Source: a bacterium UBP13_UBA5359 (GTDB taxonomy: Bacteria; UBP13; UBA5359). Taken from it: a DNA stretch of 32,120 nucleotides. The DNA lies in contig DHPR01000023.1 in the NCBI GenBank assembly GCA_002410925.1, forward strand, positions 1 to 32,120. Direction: 5' to 3'. Made by a program: the position numbers and the translations under genes. Below are positions 1 to 9,955 of this stretch, in pieces. The notes beneath the pieces were generated by a model. That model did not search any database and was not told the DNA's origin. It saw only the letters and a program-made list of their open reading frames with translations. The first letter of the stretch is position 1, and the number at the start of each line of letters is the position of its first letter.

Positions 1-1
1 A

Positions 2-88
2 TCCAAGAGCGCACCTATTCAGTATGCCTCAGATAGCGAAGCCAGAGAGAAGATGGATGAATTTATTGCCGGTAAGAGAGAAAGGTAA
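2..88 (+). CDS. ino1: 3' end (partial) of probable myo-inositol-1-phosphate (inositol-3-phosphate) synthase
   Basis: Frame 2 reads SKSAPIQYASDSEAREKMDEFIAGKRER*, TAA at 86-88. This resembles the prokaryotic Ino1 C-terminal pattern K(S/H)PPxQYxDxxAxxxxEEFIxG. Only 28 aa are visible. Confidence 0.6.
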   Translation, partial: SKSAPIQYASDSEAREKMDEFIAGKRER

Positions 89-138
89 GCCAAGGATGTA
101 TACTTTAAAAGATAGAATATATTCCGGAGGTGCGGGGA

Positions 139-1305
139 TTGAAAAAGCTTAGAGTAGGTGTCATAGGTTGCGGTAGCATAGCGGAGATAGCCCATTTCCC
201 CAGTATAGCCGGTATGCCGGATGTAGAGCTGGCGGCGGTATGTGATACCAAGGAGGAGTTTGCCGAGCATGCCGCTCGCAAATGGCAAGCCAAGGCCAGT
301 TACACTGATTACGAGAAGATGCTCAGTAAGTGCAAGTACTTGGATGCCGTTGTTATTGCTACTCCACCCAAGTTTCACCGGGAGCATGGTATGGCTGTAG
401 CCCAGGCTGGGGTCAATGTCCTGATAGAGAAGCCGTTGGCTTGCACCAATGAAGAGGCTTGGGATATAGTCAAGGCTGCTCGGGCGGCTGGCGTCAAGCT
501 GATGGTAGGCTGCGATCGACGTTTCTGGAGCCAGAACCAATGGGCCAAGGAATTGTCCCGATCCGGAGTCATCGGTAAAGTGGTCATGGGACGGGCCACC
601 ATGCATGAGCACGTCAAGTTCTATCAGGATAACATTGCTTTCACCGATTTTCGGCTTTATCCCGAAATTGCCGGCGGTAGCGCCGTCTCCGATACCGGTG
701 CACATGCCATCGATCTGTTGGTCTGGCTGATGGGCGCACCAGTAAAGAGGGTATTGGGTATAGCTGACAGGCGGGTGTTGCCGGAAGAGTATTCTCGGTG
801 CGATGATACAGCGGTAATTATGATGGAGCATGAGAATAAAGCCCTGAGCTATGTCAGTTGTAACCGCTTTAGTCCAGTTGTGTCCCAGTTTACTGAGCTT
901 TATGGCAGCGAAGGGACGATTATGACCAGTTCCGATGCGCAGAATCCTTATCAGAGCGCGCCGCTTGCGGTTTACACCAACAGAGATTACCGGCATGAAG
1001 AGCTGCCTGAACTGCTGAGAGAATACCGATGGCCTCAGGTGTTCTGGGCAGAGGATATCATTGCTGATTCAGTGCAGAAACGCTGGGTATCTCTTTATCC
1101 GCCACGGGAACCGAATAACTATGCCAACCTATGGAGGCACTTTGCCGATTGCATCATCAGCGCCACGGAGCCGCTTACAAGCGGCGAAGATGGAGCTCAT
1201 GCCGTTGAAGTTATGTGCGCCGTTTTCAGGTCAATGGAGACCGGCAGTTGGGTTGATCTGCCGCTACAGCAGGAAGTAATCCCGCCATATTACTGCAGAG
1301 ACTAG
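139..1305 (+). CDS. Gfo/Idh/MocA family NAD(P)-dependent oxidoreductase (inositol/sugar dehydrogenase-like)
   Basis: N-terminal VGVIGCGSIA Rossmann motif, DAVVIATP, IEKPLA, GG..DTGAHAID. ORF track start is 130. TTG at 139 lies 8 nt after GGAGG (126-130) and is preferred. Confidence 0.92.
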   Translation: MKKLRVGVIGCGSIAEIAHFPSIAGMPDVELAAVCDTKEEFAEHAARKWQAKASYTDYEKMLSKCKYLDAVVIATPPKFHREHGMAVAQAGVNVLIEKPLACTNEEAWDIVKAARAAGVKLMVGCDRRFWSQNQWAKELSRSGVIGKVVMGRATMHEHVKFYQDNIAFTDFRLYPEIAGGSAVSDTGAHAIDLLVWLMGAPVKRVLGIADRRVLPEEYSRCDDTAVIMMEHENKALSYVSCNRFSPVVSQFTELYGSEGTIMTSSDAQNPYQSAPLAVYTNRDYRHEELPELLREYRWPQVFWAEDIIADSVQKRWVSLYPPREPNNYANLWRHFADCIISATEPLTSGEDGAHAVEVMCAVFRSMETGSWVDLPLQQEVIPPYYCRD

Positions 1306-1325
1306 TCGATTAGGAGCGTAACGCC

Positions 1326-2228
1326 ATGTGTGAGTATGATTTGATAGTTATTGGGCACATACTCAAAGAATGGATAATCTTTGCCGATGAACGAGAGATG
1401 GGGCCATTGTTGGGCGGCCCTGCTGCCTACAGTGCTGTGGCTGCCGCTCGATCAGGCGCCAAGGTAGGCCTGGTCAGCAGGGCCGGTAGGGATATGTCCG
1501 ATGAACTTCTGGAGGTACTGCGGAAGGCAGGTGTAGACATACTGGGTGTAGAGATAACGGATAGAGGTACTGAAAACAGGCTTGTTTACGATGAGGCGGG
1601 CAATAAACGGCTGGAGTTTCTGCATAAGGCGGGATTGTTGAAGTTCGGAGATATACCCGAAGCGTATCTCGATGCTCGGATGTTTCTGATTTGCCCCATA
1701 GACTATGAGATTCCGTTATCATTGTTAGAAGAGCTCTCTCTGTATCAGACAAATATGGCCGTAGACCTGGGAGGATATGGTGGCGCTTCCTCCCAAGTAG
1801 GCCGTTTGAGCGTACAGGAGAAGATATGCTATCTTGATGAGATACTGCCATGCTTCAACGTGGTAAAGGGCAGCAGGGAGGACATACAGCGGCTGTATAG
1901 AAACAGCATCTTCGGAGACGAAGAGTTTTTGACAAAGCTTAAGTTCAGTGGAGTACCGTTGGGCATAGTGACATGCGGAGCAGATGGCGCTCTGCTGCAG
2001 ATTGGGGAGGAAACTCACCGAGTGCCCGTGTTTACAGATAAAGCTGTAGATACTACTGGTGCCGGGGATGCCTGGTTCGGAGCCTTTTTGGCCGAATATA
2101 TAAAAGAGAAAGATGCCTATCAGGCTGCTGTATATGCTTCCAGGTTTGCCTCAATTATGGTGGAGAGCAGCGGAGGAGTGAATATGCTGCGCCTGCCTGG
2201 AAGGAGTGAGATACAAGAGAGGATTTAG
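1326..2228 (+). CDS. PfkB/ribokinase family carbohydrate kinase
   Basis: LGGPAAYSAVAAARSG N-terminal motif, VTCGADGA, and C-terminal VDTTGAGDAW PfkB signature. RBS AGGAG upstream. Confidence 0.93.
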   Translation: MCEYDLIVIGHILKEWIIFADEREMGPLLGGPAAYSAVAAARSGAKVGLVSRAGRDMSDELLEVLRKAGVDILGVEITDRGTENRLVYDEAGNKRLEFLHKAGLLKFGDIPEAYLDARMFLICPIDYEIPLSLLEELSLYQTNMAVDLGGYGGASSQVGRLSVQEKICYLDEILPCFNVVKGSREDIQRLYRNSIFGDEEFLTKLKFSGVPLGIVTCGADGALLQIGEETHRVPVFTDKAVDTTGAGDAWFGAFLAEYIKEKDAYQAAVYASRFASIMVESSGGVNMLRLPGRSEIQERI

Positions 2229-2291
2229 TGCAATTGGAACAGGTATAAGGATAAAGAAAGAGAATTATATATATATAAGGGGGTGTGACGA

Positions 2292-2987
2292 ATGTCAAAG
2301 ATTGGCATAGGAACAGGGCGAGAAAGACATAACCTAATAGGATTTACACTTATTGAATTATTGGTCGTTATTGCTATAGTTGCAATTCTTAGTGCTATAC
2401 TCTTTCCTGTCTTCGGCAATGCCAGAGAGAAAGCCCGGCAGGCTGCATGTGCCAATAACTTGAGACAGATAGGCATGGCAATAAGCATGTATACGGAGGA
2501 TTATGATGGCTATTTCCCAGCAGCGCTGAAACCGGGGGTGGCAAAATGGGCGGAATTGCCTACCTTCCCGATTCCGGCAATGGCAGGCTATGGCAAGATG
2601 CCGATAGTCGAGTTTCAAAGTGATGGAGTTCAAACAATATTTCGTTGCCCATCCATGCCGCCGAAGGCAAGAGTGCCGGCAACTGAAATGGGTTATACGG
2701 ATTACACCGTAAACGTTTATGTATTTGCTTATCCGGGGCATAGCACGCCAATTTTTGCTGCCTTCAAGAACCTATCGGATATACAACGGCCTTCTGAAAT
2801 ATTGATGGTAGCCGATAAAACAAAAACACGCCCAGATGGGCTGGCTTTTACAATTGCTTCTTATTCTACTTTTTTTGGTACCAATCATTCTGGCGGCGGA
2901 AATGCCTGCTTTGTAGATAACCATGTTGAATGGATGCGCCCATTCGGGATAACGGATAAAAACGTGGATTGGCGATTATCACCATAA
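2292..2987 (+). CDS. Prepilin-type N-terminal cleavage/methylation protein, DUF1559/H-X9-DG type (pilin-like 1)
   Basis: [48 protein letters not shown], and C-terminal [14 protein letters not shown] (H-X9-DN variant). Confidence 0.93.
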   Translation: MSKIGIGTGRERHNLIGFTLIELLVVIAIVAILSAILFPVFGNAREKARQAACANNLRQIGMAISMYTEDYDGYFPAALKPGVAKWAELPTFPIPAMAGYGKMPIVEFQSDGVQTIFRCPSMPPKARVPATEMGYTDYTVNVYVFAYPGHSTPIFAAFKNLSDIQRPSEILMVADKTKTRPDGLAFTIASYSTFFGTNHSGGGNACFVDNHVEWMRPFGITDKNVDWRLSP

Positions 2988-3058
2988 GCAAGATGGAGTT
3001 TCTAGTTTTTATTACATAGTTATTACGAAAATCTGAAATTATGGAGGGAATGTTACAA

Positions 3059-6000
3059 ATGAAAATTAGGGCATATATAGCTGTAGTGCTTCTTTATATT
3101 GCTATTACCTTTGCCGGTAGTTGTTTTGCTTGGGGAAACTCGTCTCAGCTTCCTCGAGTAGCGCTGATTTATAGTGATAGGTTGGAGAGCCCTTCTCCTA
3201 AAGATGATTATGATGGCATATGCGGCAAGCTGGGATGGGTATTGGGAAAGTGGGAAAACAGGCAAGTAAGCGAACTGATAAAAAAATTAGATACCTACGA
3301 TGTGGTTATCTGTGGTAGACAGTATAATCTAGCAAACAAGCAGAATTTCGCTATATATGCTCAGGAGTGGAAGGCTTTTCTGGAGCGAGGAGGGATAATT
3401 CTCGTTGCGCCGGTTATGGATAGTGATACGAACTGGATACATGCCCTTGGCTCAGGATTTTTATTCAAGACCGAATCTAGTGGCGGCGGTGGACAGAATA
3501 CCGTCACTAATCCGAATGCTGACATGAGTTTTGAAAAAGTTGTATCACGTTGGGCTGCATTTAAAGATTGGTCATCGGAATGGTCTGTTGCAAACAGCAC
3601 TCCGGAGGGTATGCCGATAGTCATGTACCAGAGAGTAGGCAAAGGGATTATACTTGTTTCCACTGCTTACAGGGCAGGAAATAGCAGTTGGAGTTTCCCC
3701 TCCGAAAAAGACCTGAGCAGTATTTGGAACTATATGATCATGGAGCGTAATAAGGCCTCCTCAGTGGAAGTATCATTGCTATCTTGGGGAGATATTTCTC
3801 TTGGAGAGAATAATGCCTCGGTCGATATTAAAAATTTACGCAAAGAAGCGATAGATATAGTTATCAATATAGGCTCTGTAAAAAACAGAGAAATAACCTC
3901 TTGCAATACAACCGTAGAAGGCCGTATTGCTGCTGAGGGATCAAAAGCCTTCTCTATCCCTTACCGTATAACAAGCGATATACCTGACTTTCTGTTTCTC
4001 ACAGTAGCGGAAACAGGAAAGGGAACCTATTTTAGAACATGGCAAGGCGTCAATATAGAGGATTTGAAAAGGCTAATTGAAAGCATCAATGAAAAGAATG
4101 GAAAAATCGATGAGGGCTTTAATTCAATAAGAAAGTTCTGTGAGAAAATCCCTTCTTTGGGATGGATGGTTGCATTTGCAAATAGGCATGTTTGTGAGAA
4201 GGGAGATATTGATAAAATACTGGAGAAGTTGGAGAAACAAGTAATAGCCATAGCGGCTGTTGGCGATAAGCAAGCGTGGAAGAGTAAGTCGCTGGCTATA
4301 CACGATGTGCTCGCAAAAATAAACACCGAAGCTTTAAAAGTAGAAATCATGAAGAAGAGATTAAAGTCTTACAATGGCCTGGAAAGCCAACTTATAGCAA
4401 GAACAGCTGTTATTGCCAGAGTAACTTCACCTTACGATAAAATTTTTTTTGATCAACCCTTCTCTCTCTCAAGTAGTGACAGCTTGAAGTTTAAAATGGC
4501 TGCCAACGAGTATGAGAACGCACAGCTTGTTCTTATTCCTATTTCCAGAGAGGTGAAGAATATAAACATATATTGTTCCGATTTAAAGGATGTAAGGGGG
4601 CGTAGAATAACCGCCGGCAACATTAAAGTATGGAGAGTCGGTTATGTATATGAACAGGGGAAATGGTATCCCGATCCTCTTATACCGTGTAATGAGACAA
4701 GTATCGAGGCCAATAAAGTTGTCCAACCTTTTTGGGTAACAGTCCATACGCCTCCGGGAACAATTGCCGGTGAGTATACAGGAGTATTAACTGTCAGGAC
4801 AGGGCAGCCTGAACAGAGTATCTCTGTTCCTATATCTGTAAGCGTGTGGGATTTTGAGGTGCCTCGGGAATTAAATTTTCCTACTGATGTTACGTTACGT
4901 GTTAATCTCTTGGCCCGTTTTTTCTTTGGCGATAAAGCGGCTGAAGAACCGGAGAAATATATATCTCCGCAACTATGCAGGAAATATATGGAATTTCTGC
5001 TTAGCTATCGTTTGACGCCGACAAGGCCTTGGAGTTTTGAGGGAAGTGCTTTGGCCGGTATCCCGTATCTAGGCTGGAAAGAGAAAAACGGCCGCTGGCT
5101 GTTTGATTTTAAGGAATATGATAAGAATATCCAACTTATTTTGAACAAAGGAGGCAAGATGTTCTGCGCAGCTACCTTGCCAGGAGTACACCTTGCCGCT
5201 GGGATGAATTCTGAGAAGCTGAATTTTTTGTCATTAGATGTATATATCCCGAAAATTTACGAGCATCTAAAGAAAAAGGGATGGCTGAGTAAAGCCTACT
5301 TCTATGGTTGGGATGAGCCGTCAGCCAGAGTGCTTGATAAGGTACAAGCAGAAGCCGTTTTGTGTAAGCAGCTTGCACCTGAAGTCAAGATATTGGTCCC
5401 TTATAATTTGGGAAATGTTCTGGAGAACGGTCACGAAGATTGCGCGGATATATGGGTGCCGATGAGAGGGCTTTGGCGCAAGTCTCTTGAGGCACTGAGA
5501 GTAAAGGATAAAATCGTCTGGGGTTATCAGTGCGGTGGCGCCACAGCCGGATCATTGTATGGAATACCTGGTCCTAATATAGATAAATATGCATTGTTGT
5601 GGGTTGTAGAGAAGCTAAACCTGGAGGGGTTTCTTTTTTGGGGTACTGTCAGCCCGTGGAGATATAATGGAATTAATGACATTGAAAGGGATGGAACTCC
5701 AAAAATATCTTGGCGCTCCGGTTTTGGCGATGGATTGCTGGCATATCCGGCCGGCCATAAACCTGAGGATGGGCTTAATCCCTCTTTACGCTTGGAATTG
5801 TTAAGGGATGGATTGGAAATGTGGGAGTATTTTCATCTTTTAAAATTGAGGATTGGTGAATTGGAACGTAATGACAAAAAAGATGAAAAAGACATGGCGC
5901 TACTGATTAAGGAAAGCAAGAGTATTATCAAAATCAGCGATGATTTGGTTAAAGACGAGATGACATATAGTAACGATCACGAAAGATATGCAGGCAAGAG

Positions 6001-6061
6001 GGCGCTTATAGCAGAAAAGCTTGAGAAGATTAATAGTTGTCTGAAGAAGCGATCCAGATGA
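3059..6061 (+). CDS. Large secreted putative glycoside hydrolase, DUF4091/GH123-like C-terminal half
   Basis: Sec signal peptide (MKIRAY..GSCFA/W). Motifs AANEYENAQLV, WYPDPL, QPFWVTVHTP..GEYTG, YGWDEP, GDGLLAYP, SLRLELLRDGLE. The N-terminal third has a GATase-like alpha/beta domain and a helical linker. ORF track start is 3041; ATG 3059 fits GGAGG at 3043-3047. Confidence 0.72.
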   Translation: MKIRAYIAVVLLYIAITFAGSCFAWGNSSQLPRVALIYSDRLESPSPKDDYDGICGKLGWVLGKWENRQVSELIKKLDTYDVVICGRQYNLANKQNFAIYAQEWKAFLERGGIILVAPVMDSDTNWIHALGSGFLFKTESSGGGGQNTVTNPNADMSFEKVVSRWAAFKDWSSEWSVANSTPEGMPIVMYQRVGKGIILVSTAYRAGNSSWSFPSEKDLSSIWNYMIMERNKASSVEVSLLSWGDISLGENNASVDIKNLRKEAIDIVINIGSVKNREITSCNTTVEGRIAAEGSKAFSIPYRITSDIPDFLFLTVAETGKGTYFRTWQGVNIEDLKRLIESINEKNGKIDEGFNSIRKFCEKIPSLGWMVAFANRHVCEKGDIDKILEKLEKQVIAIAAVGDKQAWKSKSLAIHDVLAKINTEALKVEIMKKRLKSYNGLESQLIARTAVIARVTSPYDKIFFDQPFSLSSSDSLKFKMAANEYENAQLVLIPISREVKNINIYCSDLKDVRGRRITAGNIKVWRVGYVYEQGKWYPDPLIPCNETSIEANKVVQPFWVTVHTPPGTIAGEYTGVLTVRTGQPEQSISVPISVSVWDFEVPRELNFPTDVTLRVNLLARFFFGDKAAEEPEKYISPQLCRKYMEFLLSYRLTPTRPWSFEGSALAGIPYLGWKEKNGRWLFDFKEYDKNIQLILNKGGKMFCAATLPGVHLAAGMNSEKLNFLSLDVYIPKIYEHLKKKGWLSKAYFYGWDEPSARVLDKVQAEAVLCKQLAPEVKILVPYNLGNVLENGHEDCADIWVPMRGLWRKSLEALRVKDKIVWGYQCGGATAGSLYGIPGPNIDKYALLWVVEKLNLEGFLFWGTVSPWRYNGINDIERDGTPKISWRSGFGDGLLAYPAGHKPEDGLNPSLRLELLRDGLEMWEYFHLLKLRIGELERNDKKDEKDMALLIKESKSIIKISDDLVKDEMTYSNDHERYAGKRALIAEKLEKINSCLKKRSR

Positions 6062-6149
6062 TAGAGCTATTTGGGCAGATTTGTAAACGTATGAAGAACA
6101 TCATGTATTGGTGTAAAGAATAATAAGCATCGAACGCGAGGGAACTGAT

Positions 6150-7457
6150 ATGAGAAAAATAATATCCTCTATCTGCATATTGTTGCTGGCGGCTTCTTTT
6201 ATGATGTTGTCTGGCTGCGGCAATAAAACTGAAGATGCCGACAAGGTCGTTATTTCCATAGCATGTACTTATTCGCCGACGGATACGGGATGTAAGATTA
6301 TCAATAAATCAATCGATGATTTCATGAAAATAAATCCCAGTATACAGGTGAAAAAGATGTGGTTTACCAAGGATTACTACCCTAAGTTGGCCACAATGAT
6401 TGCCGGTGGCACGCCCCCGGATATATTCAGAGTAAGTCCTGATATGGTTCCAATATATATACAAAAAGGTGTTGTGATGGCTTTAGATAGTTTTATCACC
6501 AAAAGTAACACGGTAAAGCTGGATGGGTTTTATCCGCAAGTCCTTTATAAATATATGTTCGACGGCAAAGTAATTGGTAAAGGGAAAATATATGGTTTTG
6601 GTACAGACTGGTCTCCTGATTATGCTCTATTTTACAATAAGGATATATTTGATAAAGCCGGACTGCCTTACCCGGATAGAAGCTTGAGTTGGAAAGAATT
6701 TAGAGATGCATCCCTAAAGCTGACAAGTAGGCAGGGGAAAAAGAGGGTGTTTGGGAGCTTGATAAATAACGTGTTCCTGCTGATCTATCAAAACGGGGGC
6801 CGGGTTTTTTCAAAGGATGGAAAGAAATGCCTGCTGGATAGCCCGGAAGCTATAGCAGCTTTTCAATATTTGGTCGACCTCAGAGTCAAAGACAAGGTTA
6901 TGCCTTCATATGCAGATATGCAGGAGGCCAGCCAACTGGAACTATTTCAGACTGGCAGGCTGGCTATGTTTCTATCCGGCAGATACTACGTTCCTATACT
7001 GAGAGATACTGTCAGCGGCTTTAGATGGGGAGTAGCTCCCGGGTTGCACAGCAAGGAGAGAGTCAACATGGTAACAGGCCCATGTGGCTGGGTGATGAGC
7101 AAGCGCACGAAGCATCCTGAAGCCGCCTGGAAGCTGATGGAGCATCTGGTGGTGGGAGATTGTGAAAAGGAGCTGGCCAAGGCCGGCTATAATATACCTG
7201 TAATCAAGAAGATAGCCGAATCGGAGCTTTTCCTAACCAATCCGATGCATCTGTCAGGGGTAAATAAAACCTTTATGGAGGAGGTGCGATATACTGTGCC
7301 CAGCCCGCTAACGCCATATCTGGCTACTGACAGATGGCAGAGCGTTGTCAAGGATGAATTGGATCTGGCTTATCTGGGAAAGCAATCTGCTGGGACTGCG
7401 GCGGTTAAGGCTGCTAAGATGATTAATCAGCTTCTTAGTGATGCAATGTCTCAGTAG
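6150..7457 (+). CDS. Sugar ABC transporter solute-binding lipoprotein (family 1)
   Basis: Lipobox LSG/C, AGGTPPDIF, LFYNKDIFDKAGLPYP..SW, FQTGRLAM, TKHPEAAWKLM. Confidence 0.92.
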   Translation: MRKIISSICILLLAASFMMLSGCGNKTEDADKVVISIACTYSPTDTGCKIINKSIDDFMKINPSIQVKKMWFTKDYYPKLATMIAGGTPPDIFRVSPDMVPIYIQKGVVMALDSFITKSNTVKLDGFYPQVLYKYMFDGKVIGKGKIYGFGTDWSPDYALFYNKDIFDKAGLPYPDRSLSWKEFRDASLKLTSRQGKKRVFGSLINNVFLLIYQNGGRVFSKDGKKCLLDSPEAIAAFQYLVDLRVKDKVMPSYADMQEASQLELFQTGRLAMFLSGRYYVPILRDTVSGFRWGVAPGLHSKERVNMVTGPCGWVMSKRTKHPEAAWKLMEHLVVGDCEKELAKAGYNIPVIKKIAESELFLTNPMHLSGVNKTFMEEVRYTVPSPLTPYLATDRWQSVVKDELDLAYLGKQSAGTAAVKAAKMINQLLSDAMSQ

Positions 7458-7498
7458 CTGCTTACAGAGGGCTGTTAAATATGAAGGAGAATTTGCAA

Positions 7499-8878
7499 AT
7501 GAATAAAAACAATATCCTGATTCCTGCGCAAGAAGTTCCTATTTTAAGGGAAGCGGAAGTAGTAGTAGCCGGTGGTGGCATTGCCGGTTTAGCGGCAGCA
7601 ATAGCGTCTGCCCGCTGTGGCGCTAAAACACTTCTCATTGAAAGATATGGATGTCTTGGTGGAACTGTAAGCGGTGTGCCTATGAAATGGGTAGGAGGCT
7701 ATAATGCCACAATTCACGGTGGTATCATGGCTGAACTTATAGATAAGCTTAGACAGGCAGATGGGATTATACGCGAATTTTACAATGAGAATGTCTCCGG
7801 CTATATGGTCGGTATGTATATTGATATTTTCAAAGCTGTTGCTTTGAAAATGCTTGAAGATGCAGGCGCCGAGTTGTTGCTGCATACATTGATAACGGAT
7901 GTAGTATCCGAAGGGCGTGAAATCACCGGCCTTGTAGTAGAAAATAAATCAGGCCGCCAAGTAATTTTAGGAAAGAGGTTTATAGATGCTACAGGGGATG
8001 GAGATGTAGCAGCAAGAGCCGGTGCTGCTTATTGGAAAGGGGATGAAGAGAGCGGCAAGATGCAAGCTATGACGCATTATGGTCCTGTTCTGGAAGGTGT
8101 GGATAACGAAGTATTGCTTGATTATATGCTGAAATATAAAGATAAATACCCTGAAGAAATCGTGGAGTGGAGCACCGACCTGCCAAGGTTCAGTTTTGCA
8201 GGATTTTCCAGGTTACTTAAAGATAGCCGTGAAAAAGGGATAATACATATGAATTACGATTGCATATGGATAAGTGGAGAGATTGGCACCAACAGAGTAA
8301 CCATAGACGGGAGTTTTATTCCATTTGTGGATGGTACTAACGTTTTGGATTTGACTTATGCTGAAACTGAATCGATAAAGCAGATCACGTCTTTTGTAAG
8401 TTTCATCAGACAGAATTTTCCCGGTTTTGAGAACAGCCATAGAAAGGATCGAGGAGGGTTCTCTATCGGCGTTAGAGAAACTCGGCGGGTAATGGGAGAA
8501 TATCTGTTGACAGAAGAAGATATATTGCAGGGAAAGAAATTTCTTGACGGCATAGGATGCAATTGTACTCCTATGGACATCCATAGCTCCAGAGGACATC
8601 AGAGCTGGACGCAGGTTAAGACTTACGATATACCGTATAGATGCCTTATATCTGCAACTATCGATAATCTTTTTATGGCCGGAAGATGTATCTCAGCTAC
8701 GCATAAAGCGTTGGCATCTATCCGTTTCATACCTTGCTGCGTTATTACTGGTCAGGCTGCAGGAACGGCTGCTGCTTTGACCGCCAAAAGGAATGTCTCT
8801 CTCAAAAAGCTGGATACAAATAAATTATTGACAGAGCTGAAGAAACAAGGAGCGATATTAAAAGCCAGCAACGTATGA
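7499..8878 (+). CDS. FAD-dependent oxidoreductase (FAD_oxidored family)
   Basis: VVVAGGGIAG..AAIASAR.GA..LLIER, FIDATGDGDVA..AGA, GVRETRR, YDIPYRCL, AGRCIS, GQAAGTAAAL. ORF track start is 7481; ATG 7499 follows AAGGAG. Confidence 0.92.
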   Translation: MNKNNILIPAQEVPILREAEVVVAGGGIAGLAAAIASARCGAKTLLIERYGCLGGTVSGVPMKWVGGYNATIHGGIMAELIDKLRQADGIIREFYNENVSGYMVGMYIDIFKAVALKMLEDAGAELLLHTLITDVVSEGREITGLVVENKSGRQVILGKRFIDATGDGDVAARAGAAYWKGDEESGKMQAMTHYGPVLEGVDNEVLLDYMLKYKDKYPEEIVEWSTDLPRFSFAGFSRLLKDSREKGIIHMNYDCIWISGEIGTNRVTIDGSFIPFVDGTNVLDLTYAETESIKQITSFVSFIRQNFPGFENSHRKDRGGFSIGVRETRRVMGEYLLTEEDILQGKKFLDGIGCNCTPMDIHSSRGHQSWTQVKTYDIPYRCLISATIDNLFMAGRCISATHKALASIRFIPCCVITGQAAGTAAALTAKRNVSLKKLDTNKLLTELKKQGAILKASNV

Positions 8879-8977
8879 AGGAAGATACATGTGAATACTA
8901 TACGAGCATAAATGACTTCCCGTCTTAGCAAGTTAAGATAAAAATGTTGACAAAAATAAACTAGGAGGAAAAGTGAA

Positions 8978-9916
8978 ATGTCTGCTCGACGTATCCAAAC
9001 AGCTATTATGAAACGGCACCCAAATAATCCGCTCATTACACCGGCAGATTTACCTGGCGCAGAGGCGGTTTACAACTGCGGAGCTGCTTGGTTCCAAGGA
9101 AAGCATTTGCTGTTGCTATCGGTTTACGACAGCAATACCACCGCCAGGATGCATATAGCCACCAGTGAAGACGGAGTTGGCTTTGAGATACGGGAGAAGC
9201 CGTTTATTGAAGCCGCTACGGACCCGGAATTTGCCCCATATGATGGATGGACAATAGATCCGCGGATCACTAAAATAGATGATACTTACTATATAGTGTA
9301 TCCAGCCTATTCACGCAATGGAGTGGTAGGTATGCTGGGAAAAACTACCGATTTTGAGACTTTTGAGAGAATAGATATCATCTCTTTGCCGGATAATAGA
9401 TGCCCCGTACTCTTCCCCGAAAAAATTAACGGCAGGTATGTGCGGCTGGATCGCCCGGTTGGCCATGTACGCCCAGGACAATTGTGGATCTCCTATTCAC
9501 CAGATCTGTTACATTGGGGGCATCATCGGTTGCTGATGGACTTTGGCATGGAAGTTTGGAATAGGCGAAAAGTCGGCCCCTGTGCACCTCCTATCAAGAC
9601 GGAAAAAGGATGGCTGGTAATCTATCACGGTGTGAGCGAATTGAGGCTTCAGTATTCTCTGAGCTGCGCCTTGCTCGATTTGGATGATCCATCAAAAGTG
9701 ATCGGCCGAGCTCCTGGCTGGATAATAGCTCCTGAAGAGCCCTATGAAAGGGTTGGAGTAACGAACAACGTTGTCTTTTCTACTGGAGCTATAGTTGATG
9801 CCGGGACGAAGGAATTGAAGCTTTATTATGGTGCAGCCGATACCTGTATCGGCCTGGCTACGGCGCCGCTACAGGACTTGATAGATCTTTGTCTGGTCAA
9901 TGCGGAGAGGGAGTAG
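8978..9916 (+). CDS. Glycoside hydrolase family 130 (beta-mannoside phosphorylase-like)
   Basis: KRHPNNPLI, AVYNCGA, SEDG, DPRIT, LFPEKINGRY..LDRP, YSPDLLHWG, KVGP..PPIKTEKGWLVIYHGV, YERVG..NNVVF, YYGAADTCIGLA. Strong AGGAGG RBS. No signal peptide. Confidence 0.92.
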   Translation: MSARRIQTAIMKRHPNNPLITPADLPGAEAVYNCGAAWFQGKHLLLLSVYDSNTTARMHIATSEDGVGFEIREKPFIEAATDPEFAPYDGWTIDPRITKIDDTYYIVYPAYSRNGVVGMLGKTTDFETFERIDIISLPDNRCPVLFPEKINGRYVRLDRPVGHVRPGQLWISYSPDLLHWGHHRLLMDFGMEVWNRRKVGPCAPPIKTEKGWLVIYHGVSELRLQYSLSCALLDLDDPSKVIGRAPGWIIAPEEPYERVGVTNNVVFSTGAIVDAGTKELKLYYGAADTCIGLATAPLQDLIDLCLVNAERE

Positions 9917-9955
9917 AAGCTAGCAAAGGAGTACATCGTGTCGGAGGTAAGAGAG

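Noticed and set aside
19-996. 325-aa minus-strand ORF, and similar antisense ORFs such as 17499-18137, 19273-20001, 22742-23476 and 23993-24775
   Set aside because: They lie opposite well-supported genes, have no recognisable motifs, and are typical shadow ORFs.
8947-8952. Perfect TTGACA upstream of the GH130 gene
   Set aside because: No -10 hexamer at 16-18 bp; that position falls between the RBS and the start codon.
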